A stretch of 58,657 nucleotides of DNA, counting the filler, from Squatina squatina (taxonomy: Eukaryota), in assembly GCA_031763465.1 (NCBI GenBank). It is 3 parts of 3 records of this genome, joined end to end, with 100 filler letters (N's around TTAATTAATTAA, not from the genome) between each part and the next. Parts side by side here need not be neighbours in the genome. Positions count along the whole stretch, not along the records: positions 30,847 to 43,859 come from JARFOE010000120.1; positions 43,960 to 58,657 come from JARFOE010000232.1; 1 more part is not named here. One strand, written 5' to 3'. Made by a program: the position numbers and the translations under genes. Below are positions 37,376-49,428 of the stretch, piece by piece (the first letter of the stretch is position 1; each line of letters begins with the position of its first letter). Below the pieces are notes generated by a model, which did not search any database, was not told the DNA's origin, and saw only the letters and a program-made list of their open reading frames with translations.

Positions 37376-37528
37376 CTACTTGTCCTTCCTCTGTGCTCTT
37401 TCTTGCAAATGGTCCCCTATCATCCTCAACCTTCTGGCGACCTCCTGCACTTCGGAGCAGCGTTCCCCCGGCCGGCCGGAGGCGCACACACACACCGCCC
37501 TGTCCACATCGTCTGCTTGCTGACACAT
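37376..37528 (-). CDS. HRK: HRK/harakiri-like BH3-only protein, 50 aa, no C-terminal anchor in this ORF
   Basis: Manual translation: MCQQADDVDRAVCVCASGRPGERCSEVQEVARRLRMIGDHLQERAQRKDK*. MC start, AVCxC..GRxG.R and BH3 LxxIGDxL align with human HRK; A at -3 of ATG; syntenic position. Confidence 0.8.
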   Translation of the reverse strand: MCQQADDVDRAVCVCASGRPGERCSEVQEVARRLRMIGDHLQERAQRKDK

Positions 37529-37750
37529 TTTGCTAACCAACTGCAACCACCGAAAATCTCAAAAGTCAGTGCCTCTGTCGTTAGGCGCGCTATTATTCAT
37601 TAAAGCTGCCTCCAAGTGTCACATGGCGTTCCGAGGGATTTACAGCATCTNNNNNNNNNNNNNNNNNNNNNNNNNNNNNNNNNNNNNNNNNNNNNNNNNN
37701 NNNNNNNNNNNNNNNNNNNNNNNNNNNNNNNNNNNNNNNNNNNNNNNNNN

Positions 37751-38040
37751 CGTTGGAATAGTCAAGTCTTGAGGTAAGAAGGGCGTGGATGAGCGGCTGA
37801 GCAGAGGAAGGGCAGAGACGGGCGATGTTACAGAAGTTGAAACAGACGGTCTTAGTTATGCTGCGGATATGTGGACAAAAGCGTATTTCAGAGTCAAGTA
37901 TGACACCAAGCTTGCGAACAGTCTGGCTCGGCGTCAGACACATGTTACGGAGAGGGATGGAGTCAGTGGCGAGGGAACGGAGTTTGTGGCCAGGATCGAA
38001 AACAATGGCTTCGGTCTTCCCAACTTTTAACTGGAAAAAA
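37751..38040 (-). mobile_element. L2-type LINE RT fragment
   Basis: FQLKVGKTEAIVF...VRKLGVILDS...HIRSITK...LIHALLTSRLDYSN. Confidence 0.85.
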
Positions 38041-38089
38041 GCTAAGTTAAGACTGATCACCAAGACACTGCTGTAAGCAAGTTAAGGAA

Positions 38090-40653
38090 CCCAGGAGAAA
38101 AATCTCTTAACCGTCCCATTCTTGGAACTGTGCTCTGATGCTGCGAGTGTGACCAGTGATGGCACTACTGTCAAGTCAGTGATATCTCACTTTACCAAGC
38201 CTGACTCTGGTTTGTGAGCAATAGCAGCATTCTGCGCTAATCCGGTTTTCAATGGAGAATTTTGGTGGTGATGCTTCAGTAGCTCTGAAGCTACCATTTT
38301 TTAAAAAAAGGACCTGCTGTTGTACTTACAACGATGACTGGCGGAAGGATAATCCCGAGTATATAAGTTGGCTTTGCAAAATCGATGAATTCACTGCTGA
38401 ATGGACCTTGTGTCATGGTCCATTGTCCATTCAATATGAAGGGAGAAGAGTCTAGGTCAGGCATACAGAACATGCGCCAGACAAAGTCATGGGGAAAAAT
38501 CGAAAACCGACACTTCATATCACGTCTTTGTTCACAACTAAGGCCACACCTCAGGAAAATCTCGTGACAGCAGCAGAAATAGGAGAAGTTTATTTACCAT
38601 GGTACGATTCATCACTTAAGTTACTTAAGTCAAGGCTGTGGTAATAAATTGCTTCCAAAAATTCTACCAGATTCAGAAATTGCAAAAAAAAGCAAGCAGC
38701 CTCACTGAGAATGTTTAAGGTCCGAAATCGCAGGAACTTTTAGGTTAAGATATTTAATGAGCACATTTTTTCCCAGTTGGAATGAATGCCTCAAATAAGT
38801 TTTTCTCCGTAGTTGCTCGATATTTTTTTTTGTTAAGGACGGAAGGGATTAAACATGGCTTACTTGATTTTTACCACGATAACAATGAGACAAGTTGCAG
38901 CATGCTGAACATTTTAGAAGAGATTAGCCTTTTAGAAGAGTTTCATCCTATGTAGCTGACGATACCTCTCTCATATTGAGAAACAGAAGTCGCTTTAGCA
39001 GATGTTGAAACTACTGAATGCTGAAACTACAAAATGATTCAGGTTGTATACAAGTGCCATGTAATTCAAAACTGTTAAAAATGGCATGAAAGCTTTGAGA
39101 TTTGATATGGAATGTCTTATTTTCAAAGTGTATAACAAGTTCTCTTCCCGTGCTAAAATGGCAGAATCTCTCAGTCCATTTTTTGACTTTGTAGAAATTG
39201 AGTACAAAGAACTTCTGTGTCATGTGAGAAAAAAGTGGCTGTCCTTTCTGCCTGCAGTAGAGCAAGTCCTGCAGTGCTGGCCTGCATTAACGTCCTATTT
39301 TGTTTCAGAGGAGGAAGAAGAATATGCAAAGATTCTATGGGAACCAGTCAATGAGGATGATCAGGAGTCTCTTCCTCTTTGTTTCATTTACTTACTACAT
39401 AACTTTATGGTGATACTTCATGAAGCACTCAAAAAGCTAGAATTTAGCAATGTCACCTGCACAGAGCTACACTGTGTCATGGAAGTTCTTTGTTCTAAAT
39501 CGTAGAGTAGGAAAGAGGACAAGTTCTTTGGACAAGACTATTTTATGTAACGTCTCACCAGCAAAGAGGAGAAAGTTTAATAGTAGATAAGATATTGCAA
39601 GACACATTGCATACCTTGAGAAATGGTATGATTTCGAGACATCTGTTTTCAAACAAATGTCAATCCTCTCACTGGATGATGAAGTGAAATGGTTTGTTAT
39701 TGAGAAGCTGGCTGAAGGTCTTCGTGCTGAGATTGATTTTGAAATGGTATATGATGACCACTGCATTTCACAGCAAATTAGTGGAGATAATTTCTAAGGA
39801 GAAAAAATATTGATCAAAGATGGGTGGAAGTGTTCAAACAAGTACCACAAGGTGAAAATCGCTACATTTTAAAACTTGTATCTTTCACACTTTCAATCCC
39901 AGTCTCAAAGGCATACTATGAAAGGGTTTTCAGTTTAATGACTCAGCTTTGGAGCAAAGAAAGTAGAGTTGCAGGTGCAGCTGAACTTACGGTGACCAGA
40001 TTTTCAAAATTCAAAACCAGGACAAAACTAACCTTGCGCTTCTAGTAGTCACGTGAGCTGATGCCCTCACCATCATGGCGCTGAGTGTTGCGGCGACATG
40101 GGCATCACATGGCCCGTGCGTCGTAAAGCGCGGTAGCGGCAGTGCTGTGAAGTGTCACACAGTGTCTGGTTGCTATGGGAACCACCGAGGGCACAACCAT
40201 CTTGGAATCCCATCTGTCACCATCCCAAGTGAGCGCATGCGCAGTCAGGTCTCCATCTCTCGCTCGCCAGAAACCGGGACATTTCAGCGATTTTCAGGTA
40301 ATTGTCGGGACACTGGGACGTTTGCTGAAAAGCCGGGACTGTCCCGGCAAAACTGGGATGTCTGGTCATCCGAGCACCTAGCTGAACTACAGTATGCCTT
40401 GCGCTGATTCTTTCACGAATATGTCAAAAAGTTTCCAGAGTTGCTGAAAGCAGCAAGAAGCCAACTTAAGTACAATTTAAATAGAAAGAAACTGTGAGAA
40501 AAGGCACTGAACTACAAGGGACCCAACCGTTATAAGGTGGGTGCAATAACATTTGCAAATTACAGCAACTGTGTCACGTGACCAGGTGTCCTGTGATCAT
40601 GCGTCACGTGATCAAACCTCCAGGAAAGCCTCCAATCCGAGTTAGCAAACCTA
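38090..40653 (+). mobile_element. Decayed hAT (Blackjack-like) DNA transposon with transposase pseudogene
   Basis: N-terminal zinc-finger-like remnant (38252-38455); LLCHVRKKWLSFLPAVEQVLQCWPALTSYF (RWLS-type motif); SIPVSKAYYERVFSLM (hAT dimerisation domain); many stops and frameshifts; right end gttagcaaaccta resembles the reverse complement of TAGGGTTGCCAAC. Left boundary approximate. Confidence 0.8.
39988..40380. mobile_element. Nested hAT-Blackjack-type MITE with 8-bp TSD GCTGAACT
   Basis: Ends TACGGTGACCAGA ... TCTGGTCATCCGAGCACCTA; GCTGAACT at 39980-39987 and 40381-40388. Confidence 0.8.
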
Positions 40654-40964
40654 AGCTACAAGGATAGTCTTTTCACTGCTATGGATCTCAGAAACTGTGT
40701 GTATCATCCGTAGTGCGGAGCAGCAGATAGAAACATAGAAACATAGAGAAATAGGTGCAGGAGTAGGCCATTCGGCCCTTCGAGCCTGCACCGCCATTCA
40801 ATANNNNNNNNNNNNNNNNNNNNNNNNNNNNNNNNNNNNNNNNNNNNNNNNNNNNNNNNNNNNNNNNNNNNNNNNNNNNNNNNNNNNNNNNNNNNNNNNN
40901 NNNACCATTAAAAAAAAAGGTGCTAATTTTGGAAAGAACTATCCTGATGATTTGTCACATGCTG

Positions 40965-40966
<2 letters not shown>

Positions 40967-40998
<32 letters not shown>
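40967..40998. repeat. (TA)n microsatellite
   Basis: Direct reading. Confidence 0.9.
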
Positions 40999-41005
<7 letters not shown>

Positions 41006-42661
41006 GCAAAGGCAAAAACAAGATCCTGCATACTTAACTAGTAGTTTCATATTTTAAGGATGCTAATTCAAGTTTACGTATTGCGGCGGGGGGGCGAGTG
41101 GAGGGAGATGTATTATTTCATGATGCTTGATAAGACCCTTTTCATATTGCCTCCCTCCCTCCTTTATTTGCTTCACAACATGGAGCGGGTTTGGGTACGC
41201 AGGGGTTAGGGGCAAGAGTCAAACCTGTCTGATGTTATCAGTTTGAGGCCAGAACTATTTTAACTCCTGGACCTCATTTGCATTCTGCAGCCAGTTGCCC
41301 GCCTGAAACAGTCAGAAAGAGCCAGCCTTTGGCAGGTCAACGTTGTGGATCACGGAGGCTACCTTTCCTTCGAGGGCCTCCTTTTCTTCCTTGACAAGCT
41401 TAACTGAGTGGCGTGGCCCCACTCAGTTGGCTGTTAAAACACCATCCAGGTCCTAATTGATCAATGTAAACCCTAGATAAACTGGATCTCTGCTGATCTT
41501 TTGCTAAAGTTACACCAGCCATTCGGGAGAAACATCCATGCTCCTGTATTATTTGGGGATACTTGAACACACTGTCAGGATCAATCTTAAGCATCATGAA
41601 TATTTGAATTGTAGGGCCTCCAAAACTGAAACCAAAATACAAATTTGCTTCCCTTTGTTAAGCTTTGGATTTTTAAAAATTATAATTGTAGGAAAACCTA
41701 TGTCTGCTTTTGAGATTACCAAGTAAATAACATTCCATAAAAAAATCAGACTGGTAAATGCTCCTCAACCCAGTAAAACATCTTGATTTACAGAATAAAG
41801 GAGAGAGCCTATTGTCAAACTTTGTAGAAAACAGATTCATTGCTAGAATTTGGTAATAAGCAGTCTGTTCTGGTTATTTCATGATCTTGTGAGTTACTTA
41901 TTGTTGAACCATTTTGCTAAACATTCAGTGGATGTAACTTGAACAAAATATTTAATGCTTGCCAAAGTAACATATTTAATGCTATTTAAGTACAAATGTA
42001 TCAGGTAATTTAAGTGTCTTGTTTATGCTTCGCAAATTCAGATGGTTACCTTTCAAGTGCCACTATTACTGAAATACATTTACTTAATCTCTTGTAATAA
42101 AACGTTCCATTGGTTTAAAATTCAAAGTAAGCTATATAAGTCATATATTAATGAAAACTTTCTGCCTAAAAATATGTTGTTTGAGAATGTACTCTTTCTC
42201 TTTATACTGTATATGTGATATAAGGTGGTGTTTCCACTTATGTGCACACTAACCTGCGATATTCCCTCCACTCATTTAATAGCTGGGAAAATTGTGGGCT
42301 AGTGAGCAAAGAAGCAGAGAACCCCAGCCATAATCTATAACTAACTTGCAGTCGTGCAGATTATTATAAAAATTGTGTCATTTTAAATGAATATCTATCT
42401 GAGCAGCTTTACATAAAAGACCTTGTGGCTTTAAGTAATGATTGATGATCAGAATGATCACTGCTATTTATCTAGACCGTAAAACTGGATAAATCTGCTT
42501 TTTGTTGAGATTGCTATCTTCTATGGTTTAAATTGTGCCCAGCGATCACATTTGCAGCTTCTGAGTCATACATATAGCTGCTGATATTATTTCCAATTAG
42601 TACCTTCAGTAGGTGGCCAGTATTTGGAATAAACAAGCAGATAATTGACTGGTTCTTTCAG

Positions 42662-42819
42662 ATACACATCAGGAGACGTGAGAATGTGGGACATAAGCAC
42701 CTGGGACAGCAGTGCCTTGTATCTGGAAACGTCACGCAGCTCTGCAGAACTTGGACCACAGCCACACGTCTCTTTTGTGAGGATAAATAGCACCATAGCA
42801 GTGGCGGCTTACAAGGGCG
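42662..42819 (+). CDS. FBXW8: F-box/WD repeat protein 8, internal exon (158 nt)
   Basis: TTTCAG|...G|GTGAGT; YTSGDVRMWD...W...LE....QPHVSFVRINSTIAVAAY, as in FBXW8; syntenic with RNFT2 and HRK. Confidence 0.9.
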
Positions 42820-43859
42820 GTGAGTACCAAAAACACCACCACAGGGCTGTTCAACAATTAACAGCAGCAGCTGCTGCCGACATTTACTGTGAGGTTTAGA
42901 AAGGAACACTTCTGGCCAATAATCTAAATGCATTAGTGGGCAGTACAAGCACATTACCATTAAAGTTGCTATTATGTTGTCCTAAAAGTGTACTGCCAGT
43001 ATTTCAGTTCCAGTATATTGTAATGGAAAGGAGCATTTTGTCGACNNNNNNNNNNNNNNNNNNNNNNNNNNNNNNNNNNNNNNNNNNNNNNNNNNNNNNN
43101 NNNNNNNNNNNNNNNNNNNNNNNNNNNNNNNNNNNNNNNNNNNNNTCCTAGTATGTCTACCAAAAGTATGAGACCTGTAGGACTAAAAACTCATGATAAA
43201 CATATAAAATATATACATTACAAATATCTGGATTTAGTTTTAAAATAAAATGCAATGTAATTATGAAGTTCAGGTGTGTCGGACCTCTGAAAAATCAGAC
43301 ATATTTAACTGCCTAAATACTAATAATAAAGAATTTTTTTTTTGCGTTCACCTTTACAGCAATTTTTTTTAAAGAGGTCATTCTCTGGTCAGTGGTTGAG
43401 ATGGCATTTATCGTTGCTACCTGACCTTTCCATGCACCTAATTTTGATTGTGCTAAATATATAATAATGGTGACGTTAAATATTCAATTACATAGTAAAT
43501 TAAATAAGTAAAGTAATGAAGAACACATTACTTTATATCAAGGAGTATTTCACTCCCATGTTAAGTAAGGGCCACAGTCTCCTCTGGGACTAAATTTAGT
43601 CATTTCCGACTTTACACTTATGTGCTGAATTCTGTTTAAAGACGCAGTGGTGTTTCTGTGTGCTTGTGTTTTCAGTCTGCAACATTAGCTGCATTACTGT
43701 GGTTGTAGGATTCAATTTTTTTTCAAAAAGCTGTAGTGTTTAATGTGTGTGTGTATACAACATTTTCATTTTTTTTTTTGAAGATTATAGTCTGTGTAAG
43801 TGAAATCAGTCACCACTCAAGAGGTTTAGCCTTCTGGTTTTATTACAATGCGTTGTATT

Positions 43860-43959
43860 NNNNNNNNNNNNNNNNNNNNNNNNNNNNNNNNNNNNNNNNN
43901 NNNTTAATTAATTAANNNNNNNNNNNNNNNNNNNNNNNNNNNNNNNNNNNNNNNNNNNN
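43860..43959. other. Artificial scaffold linker (44 N + TTAATTAATTAA + 44 N)
   Basis: Same as 30747-30846. Confidence 0.95.
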
Positions 43960-45253
43960 TGAGAAGCCACAACTGCCAGCTGCCTCGCATCAGCATTGAA
44001 CAATTCCCCTGCTGGGAAGCAGTGTTGCCAGGGCAGGGCCTCAGCTCCATTCTTCAAGACTATTAATCACTAATCTTTGTTCAACAGAAGTATATAAACA
44101 AATCAGAGGGATGGAATTGTACATCCGTCAGCCTAAAGTGTATTAGCTGTTCTTGTACAAGATACTCCAAAGCACAAAGATGCTTGATCCAGAAAGAATC
44201 GCGGTTTAATAGCAATCAAAGCCCTAACAGCCTTAAACAAGCACAGACAATGTAACTTCATAGGGTCCTCTACAAGACTATAAAGCTGTGATGGTGCAGT
44301 GCAAACTCAGAAGTCATTTAAAGTCCAAACAGACCCCTTGGAATGCAACCGCTGAAGAATAGAATAAGATAATTCAAGAAGATGCCACAGAGCTTGGAAC
44401 TCCCCAAGTATAAACAGGCGAGACCCTTTTTAGCATTGATGCATCCGAAACATAACCTGACATGTTTCATGGTTATATGCACTTCTCCAAATCTTTTGTA
44501 TTAAGCTCAGAATAGAAGAGGACAAAAAGCAGATTAAAGCAAAGGTGGCAGCTGTTAGCTCATTATTGTCAATTGTAGGAGAAACCACAGGGTACTGTTA
44601 TCAGGATTTTAAAGGGGGCTCGATCAACAGGGGAGCCTTAGCATAAATTAATGCCAATTCTCTAGCCAATCAGAACACAGATTATTTATTAAAAATTACA
44701 ATTTTACATTTTACTTCCACGCTTGTAGTTAATCCAGATATCTTTACCAGAAACCAAGAACAAAGACAGCTGTATCCTTTTGGGGAAACAGTGCGGAGGA
44801 CAGCTTAGATTGGGGCTCAAATAAATGCCTCCATTTTGACAGCCAGGAACTATTGTAGCTACCAGATGTCTACAAACCAGTTCTAAAACATCTCAGAACC
44901 CAAACAGCAAAAAAGCTGTTTTGTGTTTGAACTGTTTACTAACAGCTATAGTACCCAAATGAGCAAGGCTCTCCACTCTAGGGACTTGTGTAATAAAATT
45001 AGTAGACAAGAAGATCTCTCTTCCAGTTCCTTATAACTGGGCTACACACAATGGCTGAGAGAAGGGGAGGGCAGGCAACTGCTCCCAGGCCTCTAACAAT
45101 GGGACCAGTCCATTCACTTACCTCTCTCGTGGGAAAGTACTTTCTCTCCACACCATAGAAGTGGGAAGAGTCCTGTGTGTGCCCAGTGTAGAGAAATTAC
45201 AAATGTTCTTAAAAGGAATGGGTTTGTGATTTTGGTACACCCTACCTCATAGG

Positions 45254-45405
45254 TAGGGTGACCAGATCGGCATAGTCCCAAACAGAGACAATCAGGCTGC
45301 GCATGCACAGCCCGTTCTTCGGCGGGACTGCGCATGCACAGACAGTTCGCCACCAGAATTGCGCATGCGCAGTCAGTTCTTTGCCGGAACTGCACATGCA
45401 CAGAC
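45254..45405 (+). mobile_element. hAT-Blackjack-type MITE end with 31-bp subterminal tandem repeats
   Basis: Starts TAGGGTGACCAGA; four units starting at 45297, 45328, 45359 and 45390. Confidence 0.7.
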
Positions 45406-45724
45406 NNNNNNNNNNCGAAACTGTTTCTCACATAAGGCTCATCAGAAACCGATCTGATTTTTCAACACGAAACTCAACTGTTCTCAACAACCTAACTGCT
45501 AGTTACTGTGGTAATGTTAAGCTCATGGGCAACAGAAACTGAGTTTATGAATTAAGGAATTCCAAGTAGTGTGCTCCAGGAAAGGAAGCAAATTATGCTG
45601 CATGTCCTGCACTGACATCAAGTTCCAACTCTGTGAAATATGGAGAGCCATCAGCAGCCCCCTTAAAGGACCAATAAATGTACAGTTTTTGTAACAGCTA
45701 TGGGTGTTCGCCAATTCAGGTTAA

Positions 45725-46042
45725 TGCACTTTCCTTTTAGACTAGGGGGCATGGTGTTAGGATAAGGGGTCAGACTTTTAAGACTGAGATGAGGAGGAAT
45801 TCCTTCGCTAGAAGGGTTGTGAATCTTTGGAATTCTCTACCCCAAAGGGCTGTGGATGCTGAGAGGTTGAGTATATTCAAGGCTGAGAAAGATAGATTTT
45901 TAAACTCCAGGGGAATAAAGGGATATGGAGATTGGACGGGAAAGTGGAGTTGAAGTTGAAGATCAGCCATGATCTTATTGAATGGCAGAGGACTCTTGAG
46001 GCTCTGTATGGCCAACTCCTGCTCCTAATTCTTATGTTCTTA
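45725..46042 (+). mobile_element. CR1 3' end
   Basis: gactagggggcat...gggttgtgaatctttggaattctctaccc...gatcagccatgatcttattgaatggc...ttcttatgttctt. Confidence 0.85.
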
Positions 46043-46196
46043 TAAAGAAAGCTAGAATATGGAAATGCCAGAATATGGGAAAGCAAAACCACAACTTCAG
46101 GCTGAGATATAGATTCTCCCACATAGTGAGAATATGATATACTGTACGGCCATTATGTGCCGGGAGCTATTATTCTTCACACCAATCTCAACGTAC

Positions 46197-46321
46197 CTTC
46201 ATATATAAATCTGACATTCTCTTCATGAGCTGGAGTATAAATCTCCTGTGGTGCAGTGTTAGTCGGAGAGCGAGGTCCATTGTTTCGCTTGCCATTATAA
46301 ACAATCCTTGGTGCAGGTGAA
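46197..46321 (-). CDS. MCRIP1: MAPK-regulated corepressor-interacting protein 1 (FAM195B) exon, 125 nt; frame not shown in ORF track
   Basis: TTTCAG|T...G|GTACGT; SPAPRIVYNGKRNNGPRSPTNTAPQEIYTPAHEENVRFIYE; neighbour of P4HB in human. Confidence 0.9.
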
Positions 46322-49300
46322 CTGAAAGAGAGAGGATAAGATCACGTTTAAATAAAAAAGTTAAATGCTCTAGGTATTTGATCTTAAGAATCCTTGAGTT
46401 ATTTAGCAAGGTTGAAACTGCATACCCTAGTTATCCAAAAATCAATCCTCTTTAAATTANNNNNNNNNNNNNNNNNNNNNNNNNNNNNNNNNNNNNNNNN
46501 NNNNNNNNNNNNNNNNNNNNNNNNNNNNNNNNNNNNNNNNNNNNNNNNNNNNNNNNNNNCACTCAGCTGTGTTGCCCACTCCTCTGAACTAGCTTACTGG
46601 GGCAAAGCAGCCACAGGAACTCACCCCTTAAAAAGGAAAAAGGTTTTTTTGGGGGGGGGTGGGGGGGGGCAGGGCACAGTAGTTGAAAGCTGGGATCAGC
46701 TGCGATAATTGACAGGGAAAGAGGACAAATCTGCTTAGTTCTTGGGCAGTTTGTACTTTAGCTGGTACCAAAATTTCAGACTTGAATGGCCAGAGCCTAC
46801 TGGCCCCATGCAGTCTGGATTACAATTATAAAATAATAGGTTTAAATTGTGAAGATCATCTCAAGGTGATAGATCTATAAATGTCTTACAACCCAGACAT
46901 TGATTGTTTAAGCTCAGTGGTGGAAGTCTCCAAACATGCAATGAATGCACAGCCAAACTCTCTGGGAGTTGCACCATAGGAACAGGATGAGACCATTCAG
47001 CCCCAAGAGAGATCTGCCATTCAATTACATCATGGGTGATCTGCAGCTCCCCTCCATCCACCTGCCTTGGGTCCACAACCCTCAATACCCTTGCCCAAGT
47101 CCATAAAACAGCTCGACAGAATGCAAACAGAAGTCACAGAATGGAAAAGTTTAATTTTTCTTTAATTTCATCCTGGCCACCAAATCTTTGCCTCTGTTTA
47201 AACAGGTTGGAATGCTCGAAGAATTGCACAGTTCACTTACGAAGCGTCCTCACCCCACCCTTCATCTGTTGCATGGTATCCCCCTCCTCCCCCACCCACC
47301 CCTTTAAACAAAAAACAGTTAATCTATCACCTTGGGTCCAGATTAAAAAAAATCAGGAAAGAGTTTACTTTGAAACAGAAGAGCTCCTGAGCTACAAAAC
47401 TAGAAGCCTCTTCCTTTCAACACTGCTGCTGAAGGATTCCAATGGCTTATGTTTTTTTCTTCTTCCCTTTAGCAGTGGCCCCTAATTCAGCACTCATCTC
47501 CATCTAGGCACTCGGACACAAAGTGCGAGACAACCTTCCATCACCAGGCAAATACGTAATGTTAATACAAACAAGTTAAAAATCCTGTACAAAAGTACAT
47601 TACATGAATCAGTAACAAAAAAAGTTCCCAAGTGTAGATATCAGTNNNNNNNNNNNNNNNNNNNNNNNNNNNNNNNNNNNNNNNNNNNNNNNNNNNNNNN
47701 NNNNNNNNNNNNNNNNNNNNNNNNNNNNNNNNNNNNNNNNNNNNNNNNNNNNNNNNNNNNNNNNNNNNNNNNNNNNNNNNNNNNNNNNNNNNNNNNNNNN
47801 NNNNNNNNNNNNNNNNNNNNNNNNNNNNNNNNNNNNNNNNNNNNNNNNNNNNNNNNNNNNNNNNNNNNNNNNNNNNNNNNNNNNNNNNNNNNNNNNNNNN
47901 NNNNNNNNNNNNNNNNNNNNNNNNNNNNNNNNNNNNNNNNNNNNNNNNNNNNNNNNNNNNNNNNNNNNNNNNNNNNNNNNNNNNNNNNNNNNNNNNNNNN
48001 NNNNNNNNNNNNNNNNNNNNNNNNNNNNNNNNNNNNNNNNNNNNNNNNNNNNNNNNNNNNNNNNNNNNNNNNNNNNNNNNNNNNNNNNNNNNNNNNNNNN
48101 NNNNNNNNNNNNNNNNNNNNNNNNNNNNNNNNNNNNNNNNNNNNNNNNNNNNNNNNNNNNNNNNNNNNNNNNNNNNNNNNNNNNNNNNNNNNNNNNNNNN
48201 NNNNNNNNNNNNNNNNNNNNNNNNNNNNNNNNNNNNNNNNNNNNNNNNNNNNNNNNNNNNNNNNNNNNNNNNNNNNNNNNNNNNNNNNNNNNNNNNNNNN
48301 NNNNNNNNNNNNNNNNNNNNNNNNNNNNNNNNNNNNNNNNNNNNNNNNNNNNNNNNNNNNNNNNNNNNNNNNNNNNNNNNNNNNNNNNNNNNNNNNNNNN
48401 NNNNNNNNNNNNNNNNNNNNNNNNNNNNNNNNNNNNNNNNNNNNNNNNNNNNNNNNNNNNNNNNNNNNNNNNNNNNNNNNNNNNNNNNNNNNNNNNNNNN
48501 NNNNNNNNNNNNNNNNNNNNNNNNNNNNNNNNNNNNNNNNNNNNNNNNNNNNNNNNNNNNNNNNNNNNNNNNNNNNNNNNNNNNNNNNNNNNNNNNNNNN
48601 NNNNNNNNNNNNNNNNNNNNNNNNNNNNNTGGTGAAGTCAGCAGGGGTTTCCAAGCAGTAAACTTGACCAGCATGGACAATATATAGCTGGCTGAGGACA
48701 CATGCGAGTACTTAAAATCAAAACTTCAATAGACTAAACCAAGAAAGCAACAGACATTTACCGCGAGCTGCCCTTTACCTACCCGATTAAATCTGACCAC
48801 AAAGCTTTTAACTACTCTGGGAAGATAAAAATGTCTAAGGAATGCAGATGGCAAGAACTGTTCAATCTCGAATGAGGACAAAATATACTTTGTACTTTCA
48901 AAATAGTCTGGTTAAGTATATTTAAATGGCTGTTTCTTTTCTAATCTCAAACACGACCCCCTGCCCCACCCTCAATCATGGCTCAGAACATTGTCAGTAC
49001 ACAATATTCAAACAGGAACGACTGAAGTTCGGAGAAATGAAACATGTGGCAATATAGTTTCAGTAAATAGCAGGTCTTATGTGCTGCCCACAGCTTAGTA
49101 TTTCCCAATGCAATAAAACCTTGTGATGGATACTCAACTAATACTTCTACCTCTAGTACTTGTGACACATACTCCAGACTGCATGATCTGGTAAGCAGTG
49201 TCAGGTTCCAGCCCCAAGTTCCCACTGAAGTTCATTACATACTGCACCAGAGTTGGCCAGAAGTTTCCTGGATACCAACCCCCATCTCCTCCATCCCAGG

Positions 49301-49428
49301 TTTAAGTACAGAAGCTCAAGATTGTCACCTTTCAGCTTGAAGCAAAGCCTCATGAGCTGGCAGTATGGCTAGCCAGGCTGACCACGAGTGGTCTTTGCCA
49401 GGCCTGTATATTCCTATGTTGTACTCAC

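Noticed and set aside
45297-45405. CRISPR-like repeat-spacer array
   Set aside because: Eukaryotic DNA, spacers resemble each other, no cas genes; it is a transposon subterminal repeat.
46188-46409. ORF-track peptide MLNNSRILK... as a gene
   Set aside because: Wrong frame over the MCRIP1 exon.
47562-48701. Long ORFs of 337-379 aa in the ORF track
   Set aside because: Almost entirely X from an N gap; the same applies to many other X-containing ORFs.
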